Of a stretch of 36,567 nt of DNA, positions 1 through 8,178 are shown in pieces (the first letter of the stretch is position 1; the number at the start of each line of letters is the position of its first letter). This DNA is from a virus (Duplodnaviria > Caudoviricetes): IMG/VR virus record IMGVR_UViG_3300033566_000019, positions 1 to 36,567 of that record. One strand, given 5' to 3'. The notes under the pieces were generated by a model. The model searched no databases and was not told the origin of the DNA. It saw only the letters and a list, made by a program, of their open reading frames with translations. Both the position numbers and the translations under genes were made by a program.

Positions 1-2
1 AC

Positions 3-80
3 GCCGGCACTCCGGTCCCCGACCTGCACTACGCCGCGCTGACGAAGGCGAAGGATCAGCGAAAGTCGGCCCTGTCGTGA
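3..80 (+). CDS. C-terminal fragment of a gene truncated by the window edge (AGTPVPDLHYAALTKAKDQRKSALS*), possibly a recombination/annealing protein
   Basis: Open frame ending in TGA at 78-80, overlapping the GTG of the next gene (GTGA). Function is guessed only from adjacency to the exonuclease. Confidence 0.45.
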   Translation, partial: AGTPVPDLHYAALTKAKDQRKSALS

Positions 81-829
81 GGGCGCACCGGCTGACCATC
101 TCGCGCATGGCGAGGGCGCACGTCTGCGCGTTTCCGTTCCGCATCGACGTCCCGGTGCGTGAGCGACCGGGTGGCAAAGAGGCGCGCATCGGGACCGTGT
201 TCCACTGGAACAGCGCCAAGCGCAAAGGGGTCGACGTCGGACCGTTGAAGGAGACCGACACGACCATCATCGCGGCCGGCAACGCGATCAGTGAAGGCCC
301 CGTAGCCGGATGGCTCGACTCGACGGAGTGGACGCACGTCGAGGTCGGCCTCTGCTTCGATGCCGCCGCCGACGAGTGCTCGGACAGTCCGCGACGAGGC
401 GAGCCTGGCTACGAGGACGTCGGCCCGATGCAGCTTCGCGGCACGCTGGACCTGGTCCGCGTCGAGGCCGACCGCATCGTCATTCGTGACCTGAAGTCCG
501 GCAAGCCGCCGAGCGACCGTGAGCAGCTCTACGCCCAGGCCGTGGCCGCCTCGCGACGCTGGGGAAAGAACATCGTCGAGATCGGGTACACCCGCGCGCT
601 GAAGACGAAGGTGGAGGAGCTCGACGTGGAGACCCTCGACGCCGATCGCCTCGACGAGGAAGCCGGACGTATCGCCCGCGTCCTCCGCCGGCTGCCGACT
701 GCGCAGCCCGTCGTCAACGACAAGTGCGACTGGTGCGATGCGAAGGGCGCGTGCCCTGCGTTCATGGCCGAGCCGCCGAAGGATCTGAAAGAAGCGTGGG
801 CTGCCGATGACGCGGCGGTTGGGCAATGA
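77..829 (+). CDS. PD-(D/E)XK (Cas4/AddB-like) exonuclease with probable 4Fe-4S cluster
   Basis: Motifs GTLDLV...IRDLKSG and QLYAQ, C-terminal CDWCDAKGACP, plus an N-terminal Cys (AHVCA). Confidence 0.85.
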   Translation: MRAHRLTISRMARAHVCAFPFRIDVPVRERPGGKEARIGTVFHWNSAKRKGVDVGPLKETDTTIIAAGNAISEGPVAGWLDSTEWTHVEVGLCFDAAADECSDSPRRGEPGYEDVGPMQLRGTLDLVRVEADRIVIRDLKSGKPPSDREQLYAQAVAASRRWGKNIVEIGYTRALKTKVEELDVETLDADRLDEEAGRIARVLRRLPTAQPVVNDKCDWCDAKGACPAFMAEPPKDLKEAWAADDAAVGQ

Positions 830-990
830 TCGCCAAGCGCCTCATCGACCGCATCGCCGCCGAGGACGTCCGGCTTCAGTGTCGCTACAGCGTGGCGTGC
901 CATCGCAAGGACGGCCACGAGGGACGCTGCGCAAGCCTCGGCGTCGTGCTGCTGGGCAAGCTCGCGGCGTGGCTCGGGGTTGCGTCATGA
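826..990 (+). CDS. small hypothetical protein (54 aa, MIAKRLIDRI...)
   Basis: Hand-translated. ATGA overlaps at both ends. Contains C..C...GH.G.C. Confidence 0.6.
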   Translation: MIAKRLIDRIAAEDVRLQCRYSVACHRKDGHEGRCASLGVVLLGKLAAWLGVAS

Positions 991-1163
991 GCGGTGGTGA
1001 TCGCAGTGGAGACGACCAGTTCGCCCTCTTCGACGACGACGAGCGCCGCGAGCATCTGCGCGCCGCGGTCGAGGCGTCGGATCGGTGGATGCGTCGTCGG
1101 CTCGACTGCGAGTGCCGCGGCGCGTGGTGGGTCAAGGAATGCGCATGCCAGGTGGAGCAATGA
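987..1163 (+). CDS. small Cys-containing hypothetical protein (MSGGDRSG...)
   Basis: ATGA coupling on both sides. CEC and CAC near the C-terminus. Confidence 0.6.
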   Translation: MSGGDRSGDDQFALFDDDERREHLRAAVEASDRWMRRRLDCECRGAWWVKECACQVEQ

Positions 1164-2008
1164 CGAGCAAGCATGAGACCGGCGAGTGCCTGACGTGCGG
1201 TGACCATGGCCGCGCAGAGGCGACGCACGTCTTTCATACGTGCCCGTGGTCGACGCCGGGATTCTTCCCCAACTGCAACGCGTGTGTCATCGAGATGCGG
1301 CGCGGCATCGGGAAGACACTCGCGTTTGGCTGGACGCTTGACACTGCGCTCGCGGCCGCGCGTCGCACTGCTGAGGCGACTCCGGTCTGGCACTTCATGT
1401 CGTCCCCCGGCGTGGCGGAGTGCGGGGCCGACTACGCGAACATGTGCAAGACGGCAATCCGCGTCGCCGTCACGTGCCCCGCATGCCATCGGCAGATGCT
1501 GGGCGCCGACGCGGCGACGTTTGCCAGTGAGGTCGAGCGCCCGGATGCGTCCACGACCTGTACCGGGTGCCTCGCCCCGCTGGGCGCGCACGGCATCACG
1601 TGGGAGGACAACGTGTACACGTGCCCCCAACGCCCCAGCGATGCGACGCCGTGTCCGCACTGCACGGCGACGGGCCGATGCGGCTGCGAGACGAGCGGGC
1701 AGTGGGGGAAGGGCCCGCCCGAGTACAAGCGCGCGGCGTTGCACCTCGCCTCCGAGTGGAGCGAGGCGTACGACGACGGGCGCCAGGACGAGAGGGATGG
1801 CCTGCCTCCCCGTGTTCCCCCGCGCCGAGAGAGGGCGACGCCTCCTCCGAATGTGACCGGGCTCCGCGATCTGCTGTCCGAGGTGATCGAGGAGGCGATG
1901 GCGCCGAACGACTACGACGGCACGGAGGGCGAGGACGTCTTCGCGGTCTCACGCGAGACCCTCAATCGAGTGGTCACGGCGCGCAACGCGCTGAAGGAGG
2001 GCACGTGA
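1160..2008 (+). CDS. Cys-rich multi-zinc-finger hypothetical protein (MTSKHETGECLTC...)
   Basis: ATGA-coupled start within ORF 1085..2008. Many CxxC pairs (CLTC, CNAC, CPAC, CTGC, CPHC). Confidence 0.7.
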   Translation: MTSKHETGECLTCGDHGRAEATHVFHTCPWSTPGFFPNCNACVIEMRRGIGKTLAFGWTLDTALAAARRTAEATPVWHFMSSPGVAECGADYANMCKTAIRVAVTCPACHRQMLGADAATFASEVERPDASTTCTGCLAPLGAHGITWEDNVYTCPQRPSDATPCPHCTATGRCGCETSGQWGKGPPEYKRAALHLASEWSEAYDDGRQDERDGLPPRVPPRRERATPPPNVTGLRDLLSEVIEEAMAPNDYDGTEGEDVFAVSRETLNRVVTARNALKEGT

Positions 2009-2226
2009 AGACACTGACAGGGGCTGACCGCGAAGCGTTGCGGAAGGTCTCCGAGGGGCTCGACATCGCCGCCGAACGCATGGCGCGCATCGTCGTTGAC
2101 ACCGGAGCGCCGGACGACCTTCGCGAGTTCGTGAAGAAGCAATGGATCCGCCTCGCGAAGCTCCAGGTCGCTTTTGAAGAGCGCCTGGAGTCGCCTAGCT
2201 CGGGCAACGAACCGGAGAAACCGTGA
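2005..2226 (+). CDS. hypothetical helical protein (VKTLTGADREAL...)
   Basis: GTGA coupling at both ends, with upstream GGAGG. Confidence 0.65.
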   Translation: MKTLTGADREALRKVSEGLDIAAERMARIVVDTGAPDDLREFVKKQWIRLAKLQVAFEERLESPSSGNEPEKP

Positions 2227-3062
2227 TCTACGCCCTCAGCATCTCCGGCGGGAAGGACTCCGCGGCCATGTGGTCGTGGGCTAAACGCACCGGCCTGGCC
2301 ACCCGCGTGGCCATCGCCTGCGATACGCAGTGGGAGGCCGACTTCCCCGGTGTCGACTGGCTCGGCTATCTCGCCGAGCTCTCGGCGGCGATCGGCGAGC
2401 CGGTGAAAATTGTCTCCGACGGACGAGGCTTCGCCGAAGGCGTCCGCAAGCACGGCGTCTTTCCGGGGAAGCTCGCGCGGATGCGCTGGTGTACGCCGGA
2501 ACTGAAGCTCGAACCGTTCAAGGCCGAAGTCGCCCGGCTCCGAGAGGAGGACGAGGTGACCGTCGTCGTCGGCATCCGCGCCGAGGAGAGCGCCGACCGC
2601 GAGAAGATGCCCGAACGCGAGTGGAGCGAGTTCTACGACTGCGAGATGTGGCGGCCGATGATCGCGTGGACGCTCGAGCAGGTCATGGCCGAGCACCACG
2701 AGAACGGACTCCCGATCAATCCTCTGTACCTGCTCGGCGCGGAGCGCGTCGGCTGTTGGCCATGCGTGAAGGCGGGGAAAGAAGAACTGGCCCTTCTCGG
2801 CCGGCTCGACCCGAAGCGCGTCGAGCAGATCCGCGAGCTCGAGAAGGAGACGGAGACCACGATGTTCTGTCTCGAGAAGACCACCAAGGGCGTTCGTGAG
2901 TACCTACCGACTCCCATTGATGGCGTGATCGCGTGGGCGCGCACGTCGCGCGGTGGCGTTCAGCTGTCGATGGTTCAGGAGCCGTCCGGCTGCGCGCGGT
3001 GGGGACTCTGCGAACCGCCGCGTCGGGTCTCGGCCAAGGCGATCCCGGAGACCGGCAAATGA
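2223..3062 (+). CDS. phosphoadenosine phosphosulfate (PAPS) reductase family protein, phage type
   Basis: PP-loop SISGGKDS, DT, RWCTPELKLEP, GIRAEES..R, NPLY..GAERVGCWPC, and C-terminal CARWGLCE. Confidence 0.9.
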   Translation: MIYALSISGGKDSAAMWSWAKRTGLATRVAIACDTQWEADFPGVDWLGYLAELSAAIGEPVKIVSDGRGFAEGVRKHGVFPGKLARMRWCTPELKLEPFKAEVARLREEDEVTVVVGIRAEESADREKMPEREWSEFYDCEMWRPMIAWTLEQVMAEHHENGLPINPLYLLGAERVGCWPCVKAGKEELALLGRLDPKRVEQIRELEKETETTMFCLEKTTKGVREYLPTPIDGVIAWARTSRGGVQLSMVQEPSGCARWGLCEPPRRVSAKAIPETGK

Positions 3063-3427
3063 GCGTCGATAGCTTCTCAGATTGGTCCCATCCGACGCGT
3101 CCTTCTCAGGGAACAGAAGGAGTCGAGACCATGAAGAACTCATATTGCGATTGCTGCGGCCAGATCCTCACGGCGCTTTCCGCTCGCGACGCCTGGCCCG
3201 AGCGCTCGCCCGATGCTGCCCCCTCGTCGAGGCTCGGGGAGATCTGCTCTTTCTGTGGATGGGAGCAGGACGAGACACCGGACGACACCGACGCGAACCA
3301 CGCGACGCGACGCGAATGGCTCGCGGCGTACCAGAAGATCCGTTGCCAGATCTGGGAGCTCGACCCGGGCCAGAAGTCTCGGGCCGTCCTCGCGCGTGTC
3401 GAGCGCGAGCGCGGGGTGCGATCATGA
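3059..3427 (+). CDS. CPCC-type cysteine-rich protein (alternative start ATG 3131)
   Basis: CDCCGQIL...EICSFCGWEQD...AN matches the Cys-rich CPCC pattern (CxCCG...ICxxCxWExD...N). Confidence 0.65.
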   Translation: MSVDSFSDWSHPTRPSQGTEGVETMKNSYCDCCGQILTALSARDAWPERSPDAAPSSRLGEICSFCGWEQDETPDDTDANHATRREWLAAYQKIRCQIWELDPGQKSRAVLARVERERGVRS

Positions 3428-3576
3428 GCGTCCCGCTTGACGAGGCAGACGACCTTCGACGTATTCGCGAGATCGCGTTGCGCGTGCTCGGCTTGCCCTG
3501 TTCGATGCGACCTACCGTACTTCTCGTCGAGGAGTTGGCGCGTCGGATGGCTCTGGACGAAGAGGAAAAGCCGTGA
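3424..3576 (+). CDS. small hypothetical protein (MSVPLDEADD...)
   Basis: ATGA/GTGA coupling to both neighbours. Confidence 0.6.
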   Translation: MSVPLDEADDLRRIREIALRVLGLPCSMRPTVLLVEELARRMALDEEEKP

Positions 3577-3758
3577 GTCAGCTCGGGGCGGCGATGTCCC
3601 TCTATCACGACCTCGGCGCGAGGCTTGGGTGCGATTCTGACGGTCAAGCGATTCGTCGGGCGGTCGATGACCTGCTCCGAGAGCGCGACGACTGGAAGGC
3701 GCTCGCAATGACGCAACGTCGGGTCACGACCCACGCGACGGACAAGAAAGGGACCTAG
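3573..3758 (+). CDS. small hypothetical protein
   Basis: GTGA-coupled ORF of 61 aa. Confidence 0.6.
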   Translation: MSQLGAAMSLYHDLGARLGCDSDGQAIRRAVDDLLRERDDWKALAMTQRRVTTHATDKKGT

Positions 3759-3763
3759 TCACA

Positions 3764-4216
3764 ATGAGCACCGAGCACATGAAGGCCGCAGCGGAGGCGC
3801 TTCACCGGATCGCGTCGTCGAATCGGGCGAAGCGGATCCTGGCGAAGCCGGGAAAGCTCACCGAGCCGATGATCGCGTCGATGCGCGCGAAGGTCATGAC
3901 CGACGAGGAGATCGATCGGCTCGCGCTCGACCAGTTCGAGGCGCTTGCGATGGCGATGGCCGGCGAAAACGACAACACGACGACCGATCATCCGTGGCAG
4001 GTCTACCTGCACCACCGGGCGCGCACGCTTGACTGGATGCGCAAGCAGGGCAAGACGCCCGAGGAGATGGTCCGCGAGCTCGCGATGGATCCGGGCCAGG
4101 TGCGACTGATCCTCATGACGGTCGACGACTACCCCGAGGACTACGCCGTCACGTCGCCGGTACCGATCGTCGGCGCGAAGGCCCTTCGCTCCTCTCATGA
4201 TCGGGGCAAGCCGTGA
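3764..4216 (+). CDS. hypothetical protein (150 aa)
   Basis: ORF track. GC-rich third positions, coupled to the next gene. Confidence 0.75.
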   Translation: MSTEHMKAAAEALHRIASSNRAKRILAKPGKLTEPMIASMRAKVMTDEEIDRLALDQFEALAMAMAGENDNTTTDHPWQVYLHHRARTLDWMRKQGKTPEEMVRELAMDPGQVRLILMTVDDYPEDYAVTSPVPIVGAKALRSSHDRGKP

Positions 4217-4377
4217 ACGCACACGACCGGGCCGATGCCATGATGGCGGCGCTGCGGACAGGTCGCGCGGAGGTCATTCGCCTCTACGCGATCCTCCTCG
4301 GCTTCGGACCGTGCGCCGGCTGCGACTTCACCGCTGAGCACTGTCGGTGCTCCCCACGTGCGAAGGATCCGCGATGA
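4213..4377 (+). CDS. small hypothetical protein (54 aa, CAGC...HCRC)
   Basis: Hand-translated. GTGA and ATGA overlaps fill the gap exactly. Confidence 0.55.
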   Translation: MNAHDRADAMMAALRTGRAEVIRLYAILLGFGPCAGCDFTAEHCRCSPRAKDPR

Positions 4378-4604
4378 CGGCATGGGTGCTGAAGAACAGC
4401 GAGGGCAAGTACCTCGCGCCGACCGTCTTCTCGAAGTTCGGCCACGTCACGATGGGCGACTGCGTACCGGAGCAGCTCTACGCGCTTCGCTACTACGAAC
4501 GAAACACGGCCGCGTCGATGTGCGTGCAGCTGAACGGGCCGGACAATCCGAACTGGCGGCTCGTGCGACTGCGCTCACCACACGCGAAGGAGAAAGACCG
4601 ATGA
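4374..4604 (+). CDS. hypothetical protein (MTAWVLKNSEGKYL...)
   Basis: ATGA-coupled on both sides. Confidence 0.7.
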   Translation: MTAWVLKNSEGKYLAPTVFSKFGHVTMGDCVPEQLYALRYYERNTAASMCVQLNGPDNPNWRLVRLRSPHAKEKDR

Positions 4605-4852
4605 CGCGTAGCATCGAATCGTTCGACGAGGGCTTTCATTCGGGCGTCGCTGCGGGCCGCAAGGCCGAGCGCGAGGAGATTCTCAGTATGTTGCGCAACA
4701 TGGCCCAGGACGAGGCCCTGGAGGACGAAGGCTGCGACGGTGAGGCGATGGGGATCGCGTTCGATCGGGCTGCCGACGCGGTGCGGATGCGCGGCTGGGT
4801 GCGAAGGAGCCTGCGTTCTCCCGCGCCGTCCGAGGGATCAGGAGATGGCTGA
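4601..4852 (+). CDS. hypothetical protein (MTRSIESFDEGF...)
   Basis: ATGA-coupled, with AGGAG upstream. Confidence 0.7.
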   Translation: MTRSIESFDEGFHSGVAAGRKAEREEILSMLRNMAQDEALEDEGCDGEAMGIAFDRAADAVRMRGWVRRSLRSPAPSEGSGDG

Positions 4853-5138
4853 GCGCTGCGGGCACGTCGAACCGTTTTGGGTCCAGATCGGCTGGGTTCA
4901 CTGGGCCGGCACGGGAACACGAGAGAAGCTCATGTCGATCGATCGGCGACACTGCGCGGCGGAGGCAGACGCCCCGACGGCGATCGGGAAGTTCACGTTC
5001 CCGTGGTGTGCCGCGCACGCCGCGGAGATGACGCAGCCGATGACGCGCACCATTATCGGTGCGTCGAAGCGGGTCTATGACGCGCGGCTGCGGCTCAGCG
5101 AAGTGGGCCCCACGCTGCCGGAGGGCGACGAACCGTGA
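4845..5138 (+). CDS. hypothetical protein (MAERCGHVEP...)
   Basis: ATG at 4845 within ORF 4740..5138. GTGA-coupled to the next gene. Confidence 0.6.
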   Translation: MAERCGHVEPFWVQIGWVHWAGTGTREKLMSIDRRHCAAEADAPTAIGKFTFPWCAAHAAEMTQPMTRTIIGASKRVYDARLRLSEVGPTLPEGDEP

Positions 5139-5563
5139 CCGTGGTGTTTATCAATCCGGGCACCGGCCCGTGCCGCGGTGCGCTCCTCAGGAACGCCATC
5201 AAGAACATGCGCCAGTGGGTGAAGGACGCTCACGAGGAGTATCCGCACAAGTACCGCTTCGAGCGGCTCCCGAAGAGGGACAACAACGACGGGCGCTACG
5301 GTTTCCTCGTGACCCACACGAGGCCGTCGAGGCGACGCGGGGCGAAGCCTGGCGAGGTCGTCGAATGCCGCCACACGGTCGACATGCCCGGCCTGCCGCT
5401 AGAGCGCGTGCGCTACCTCGGGCCGAAGCAGGACATCTGGGACTTCCCTCGGCTCTACGTCGACGACTCGTCCTGGGTTTGGCTCTACTCGTACCCGCAC
5501 CCGGATGACGCGGAGACGGAAGAGATGGCAACGCTGCACAAGAGCGATCCGCAGGAGAAGTGA
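5135..5563 (+). CDS. hypothetical protein (142 aa)
   Basis: ORF track. Globular-looking composition and GC3 bias. Confidence 0.75.
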   Translation: MTVVFINPGTGPCRGALLRNAIKNMRQWVKDAHEEYPHKYRFERLPKRDNNDGRYGFLVTHTRPSRRRGAKPGEVVECRHTVDMPGLPLERVRYLGPKQDIWDFPRLYVDDSSWVWLYSYPHPDDAETEEMATLHKSDPQEK

Positions 5564-5567
5564 CTAG

Positions 5568-5798
5568 GATGTTCGCCGTGGCCTGGAGAAGCTGGGCCTT
5601 CCCCGGTTCGGTCTAGATTGGGACGCGTCCAACGACGCTTACGAGGCGAAGAAGATCGCGAATCGCCACCGCTCACGCGAGCGCCAGATGGCGACGATGA
5701 TGCGCAACTGGCGGAAGCGTTTTCCAGACGTGTTCGAAGCGATCGTGACGGAGATGGGCTACGCGCCGACGACCGTCGCCGACAAGGAGACCCGATAG
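5568..5798 (+). CDS. coding-like frame lacking a clear start (DVRRGLEKLGLPRFG...DKETR*); possible truncated gene
   Basis: Open from 5568 (just after a TAG) to TAG 5796-5798 with phage-like codons. First ATG is at 5688. Confidence 0.35.
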   Translation, partial: DVRRGLEKLGLPRFGLDWDASNDAYEAKKIANRHRSRERQMATMMRNWRKRFPDVFEAIVTEMGYAPTTVADKETR

Positions 5799-5800
5799 CC

Positions 5801-5896
5801 ATGAAGTGCCACGGATGCGGTGGAGAAGCCTTTCTGATCGGTCTGCCTGCGGGGCCCTACCCGGCTGCGTACCGCCCTGGAACGACGGGCGCATGA
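5801..5896 (+). CDS. very small CxxC peptide (31 aa, MKCHGCG...)
   Basis: AAGGAG upstream and ATGA overlap with the next gene. Confidence 0.45.
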   Translation: MKCHGCGGEAFLIGLPAGPYPAAYRPGTTGA

Positions 5897-6090
5897 TCAC
5901 GACCCGCGAGGACCAGATCGCCTGGACGAAGCACGTCTGTTCGGAGGTCTTCCGGCGGCACCCGCACAAGCATCTGAACGAGCACATTGCCGACGTCATG
6001 CGGGAATCGAAGGGCAGCATGAACCCGAAGGACGTCGAGATGGTTCTGCGCCTGATGCACGCCGCGGCGGACCTGGGATCGGATACGTGA
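5893..6090 (+). CDS. small protein resembling the GatB/YqeY C-terminal helical motif
   Basis: IADVMRESKGSMNPKDVEMVL resembles the GatB tail consensus (GQVMK.TKGKANP..V..LL). Confidence 0.55.
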   Translation: MITTREDQIAWTKHVCSEVFRRHPHKHLNEHIADVMRESKGSMNPKDVEMVLRLMHAAADLGSDT

Positions 6091-6097
6091 AGCGCCG

Positions 6098-7609
6098 CTA
6101 GCCTCTCCCGATCTCGAGCCCCATGCCGCGCCCACCGCCCCCGCCACCAGCCGGCGCGTTGCTCCACCCGAAGATCACCGGGGCGCACGTGAGCGTCATC
6201 GCGCACGTGGCCGCCGTCAGTTGCTTCGCCGTCCGCATACCCGCGTCTGCCGTCGCGCACGTCATCGCGAGGGCATCGGCCGGCATTCGGTGGCCGTAGC
6301 GGAGCCCCGCGTCCCCCGCGCTGCATGTCATCACCAGCGACTGGGCGACCATCACGATCGGCGCACGGAAGGCGACGTCATGCGCCGTCAGCGTCAGCGC
6401 AAGCCCATCAGCCTGCATCGTGGCGCCCTTGTTGAGGGTCGCGTCCGAGGTCGCCAAATCGAGGGCCAGTGAGTCAGCGACGAGCCGGTGACCGTAGAGC
6501 ATGTTCGCGTCTGCGGTCGCCAGGTCGAGGGCCAACGTCGCGGCGGTCATCGGGACGTTGCGCGTCATCCCGGCGTCTGGCGTCGCGAGGTCGAGTGCGA
6601 GGCTGTCCGCGGTCAGTTTGTGGCCGTAACGCAGTCCCGCGTCGCCCTGTGCGAGGTCGAGCACGAGGCTGTCTGCGGTCATCCGGTGGGCATAGCGAAG
6701 GCCTGCGTCAGGGGTCGCCAGGTCGAGCGCGAGGCTGTCCGCCGTGAGCTTTCGGCCGTAGCGAAGTCCGGCGTCTGGCGTCGCGAGGTCGAGTGCGAGG
6801 GAGTCGGCCGTCATGGTGCGAGCCGTGGTGCCGGTCGACATGGTGGCGTCGGCGGTCGCGAGGTCGAGGGCCAGCGAGTCGGCGGTCATCTTGCGCGCGA
6901 CACGGAGCCCGGCATCGGCCTGGGCGAGGTCGAGGGCCAGCGAGTCGGCCACGATGCGGACGTTCCGAGGCCGAAAGGCGATCGTCATCGTTGCCGAGCC
7001 GCTCGGGGCCACGTCGTCGGTGAAGGTGCCGGGGTCTTCGTTCGTCCCCGAAGTCGCGATGGTGCGCTGCGCGACGGAGAGCTCCACCGTGTTGGAGCCG
7101 GCCATCTCGAAGACCTCGGTGTAGTTCGTCGGGGCCGTAATGGCGACCGTGGCCGTGGCGCCGAGGTACCACGCGCCGCAGACGAGCACGAGGCTATCGG
7201 CCTGCGCCGTCGTGACCGCGGCGGGGTTCGGGAGCCCGTTCGTCGTCAGCGTGTTGCTGTTCTGCTGGTCGCCGATGAGCGCGGTGTTCCACTGCTCCCA
7301 CGTGCCGACCGTGAGCACCACGATGCCGGCGAAGTCCGTCCCGGTGCTGCTCGTATACGCGTTGTATGCGTTCGCTCCGCCCGCCGTCGCGACCTTGTAG
7401 GCGCAGGACAGCCGCCCGTCGGTCGAGCCGTCGTCGTGCGAGTGCGTCCGGATCTGCGTGAACCCGCTCTGTAGCGTATGCGTAGGCACGCCGGCGGCGC
7501 CGCGCGTCCAGTGGAAGACGAGCACCAGATCCCCGATCGTCGTGCTGACCGGGGACGTCGGGCTGTCCGTCCCCGTCGGGGCCGTGCTGGCGCGCACCGT
7601 CGCGGCCAC
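6098..7609 (-). CDS. virion fibre protein: N-terminal beta-rich domain plus 12 tandem ~22-aa repeats
   Basis: GTG start at 7609 overlaps the TAG of the upstream gene. Thr/Ala/Gly-rich, with (M/L)TADSLALDLATxDAGLRYGxx repeats. Confidence 0.8.
   Translation of the reverse strand: MAATVRASTAPTGTDSPTSPVSTTIGDLVLVFHWTRGAAGVPTHTLQSGFTQIRTHSHDDGSTDGRLSCAYKVATAGGANAYNAYTSSTGTDFAGIVVLTVGTWEQWNTALIGDQQNSNTLTTNGLPNPAAVTTAQADSLVLVCGAWYLGATATVAITAPTNYTEVFEMAGSNTVELSVAQRTIATSGTNEDPGTFTDDVAPSGSATMTIAFRPRNVRIVADSLALDLAQADAGLRVARKMTADSLALDLATADATMSTGTTARTMTADSLALDLATPDAGLRYGRKLTADSLALDLATPDAGLRYAHRMTADSLVLDLAQGDAGLRYGHKLTADSLALDLATPDAGMTRNVPMTAATLALDLATADANMLYGHRLVADSLALDLATSDATLNKGATMQADGLALTLTAHDVAFRAPIVMVAQSLVMTCSAGDAGLRYGHRMPADALAMTCATADAGMRTAKQLTAATCAMTLTCAPVIFGWSNAPAGGGGGGRGMGLEIGRG
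6165..6955 (-). repeat. coding tandem repeat, ~66-bp period, about 12 degenerate copies
   Basis: Recurring gcgaggtcgag/ccaggtcgag on the + strand, encoding ADSLALDLA. Confidence 0.9.
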
Positions 7610-7791
7610 TACGCCCCCCGCAGATTCTCGCGTGCCTTCTCGGGCATGTCCTCGGGTGCGATCTCGCGGTACGTCGCGCCGGGGGTCTGCGAAAGCTCCT
7701 TCGCCCGCTCCTCGGTCGCGACGTAGATCCGAAACGTCGCGCGGTGTGCGCCGCCCTCGTCGTACGCCGGGTTCTCGACGACGAACGCCAT
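7609..7791 (-). CDS. small hypothetical protein (MAFVVENPAY..., 60 aa)
   Basis: TAATG overlap with the upstream gene and TAGTG overlap downstream. Confidence 0.65.
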   Translation of the reverse strand: MAFVVENPAYDEGGAHRATFRIYVATEERAKELSQTPGATYREIAPEDMPEKARENLRGA

Positions 7792-8165
7792 TACTTGATC
7801 TTCCAGTAGTCCGGCCCCGCGTTCCACGCCTCGACCGCGTGCCTCGGGAGCAACCCTCCGCGAACGCGGAACTCTCGGATCGTGCCGTCAACGTGTTTAA
7901 ACGGCTGGCAGGTGGTGCAGCCTACTTCGTACTCGAAGCCGCCGCGCCCGTTCGGCTGGCGCATGCCGTGAGGCGGCGCCGCGCACCGCGGACACGGATC
8001 CGCCCCCTCGGTGATGAGCTTCACGAGCAGCTTGCCCGCGGCTTTCATCTCGGCAGCGACGGCAGCGGACTCCTTCGCGCGGCCGTCCTGCGAGAGCTTG
8101 TGGTGACGCGCGCGGGCGTCTTCGATGGCCTTGATGGTTTCGCCGATGCGGTTGTCGATCGCCAT
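7791..8165 (-). CDS. hypothetical protein with zinc ribbon (CPRC...CTTC...AVEAWN; Lar-like pattern)
   Basis: CxxC...CxxC followed by A..AWN. Confidence 0.65.
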   Translation of the reverse strand: MAIDNRIGETIKAIEDARARHHKLSQDGRAKESAAVAAEMKAAGKLLVKLITEGADPCPRCAAPPHGMRQPNGRGGFEYEVGCTTCQPFKHVDGTIREFRVRGGLLPRHAVEAWNAGPDYWKIK

Positions 8166-8178
8166 GGTCCTGATCCTT

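Noticed and set aside
77-829. CRISPR-Cas system (Cas4-like gene)
   Set aside because: No repeat-spacer array or other cas genes. Solo Cas4-like nucleases are common phage recombination enzymes.
6165-6955. CRISPR array or DGR template/variable repeat
   Set aside because: The repeats are in-frame, degenerate, protein-coding units without unique spacers. There is no reverse transcriptase in the window and no adenine-specific mismatch pair was seen.
7610-7891. ORF-track N-terminal extensions (e.g. 7891, 11753, 31837, 34784, 36116, 25638 starts)
   Set aside because: They overlap upstream genes and encode Arg-rich junk. Downstream starts with stop-start coupling or an RBS fit better.
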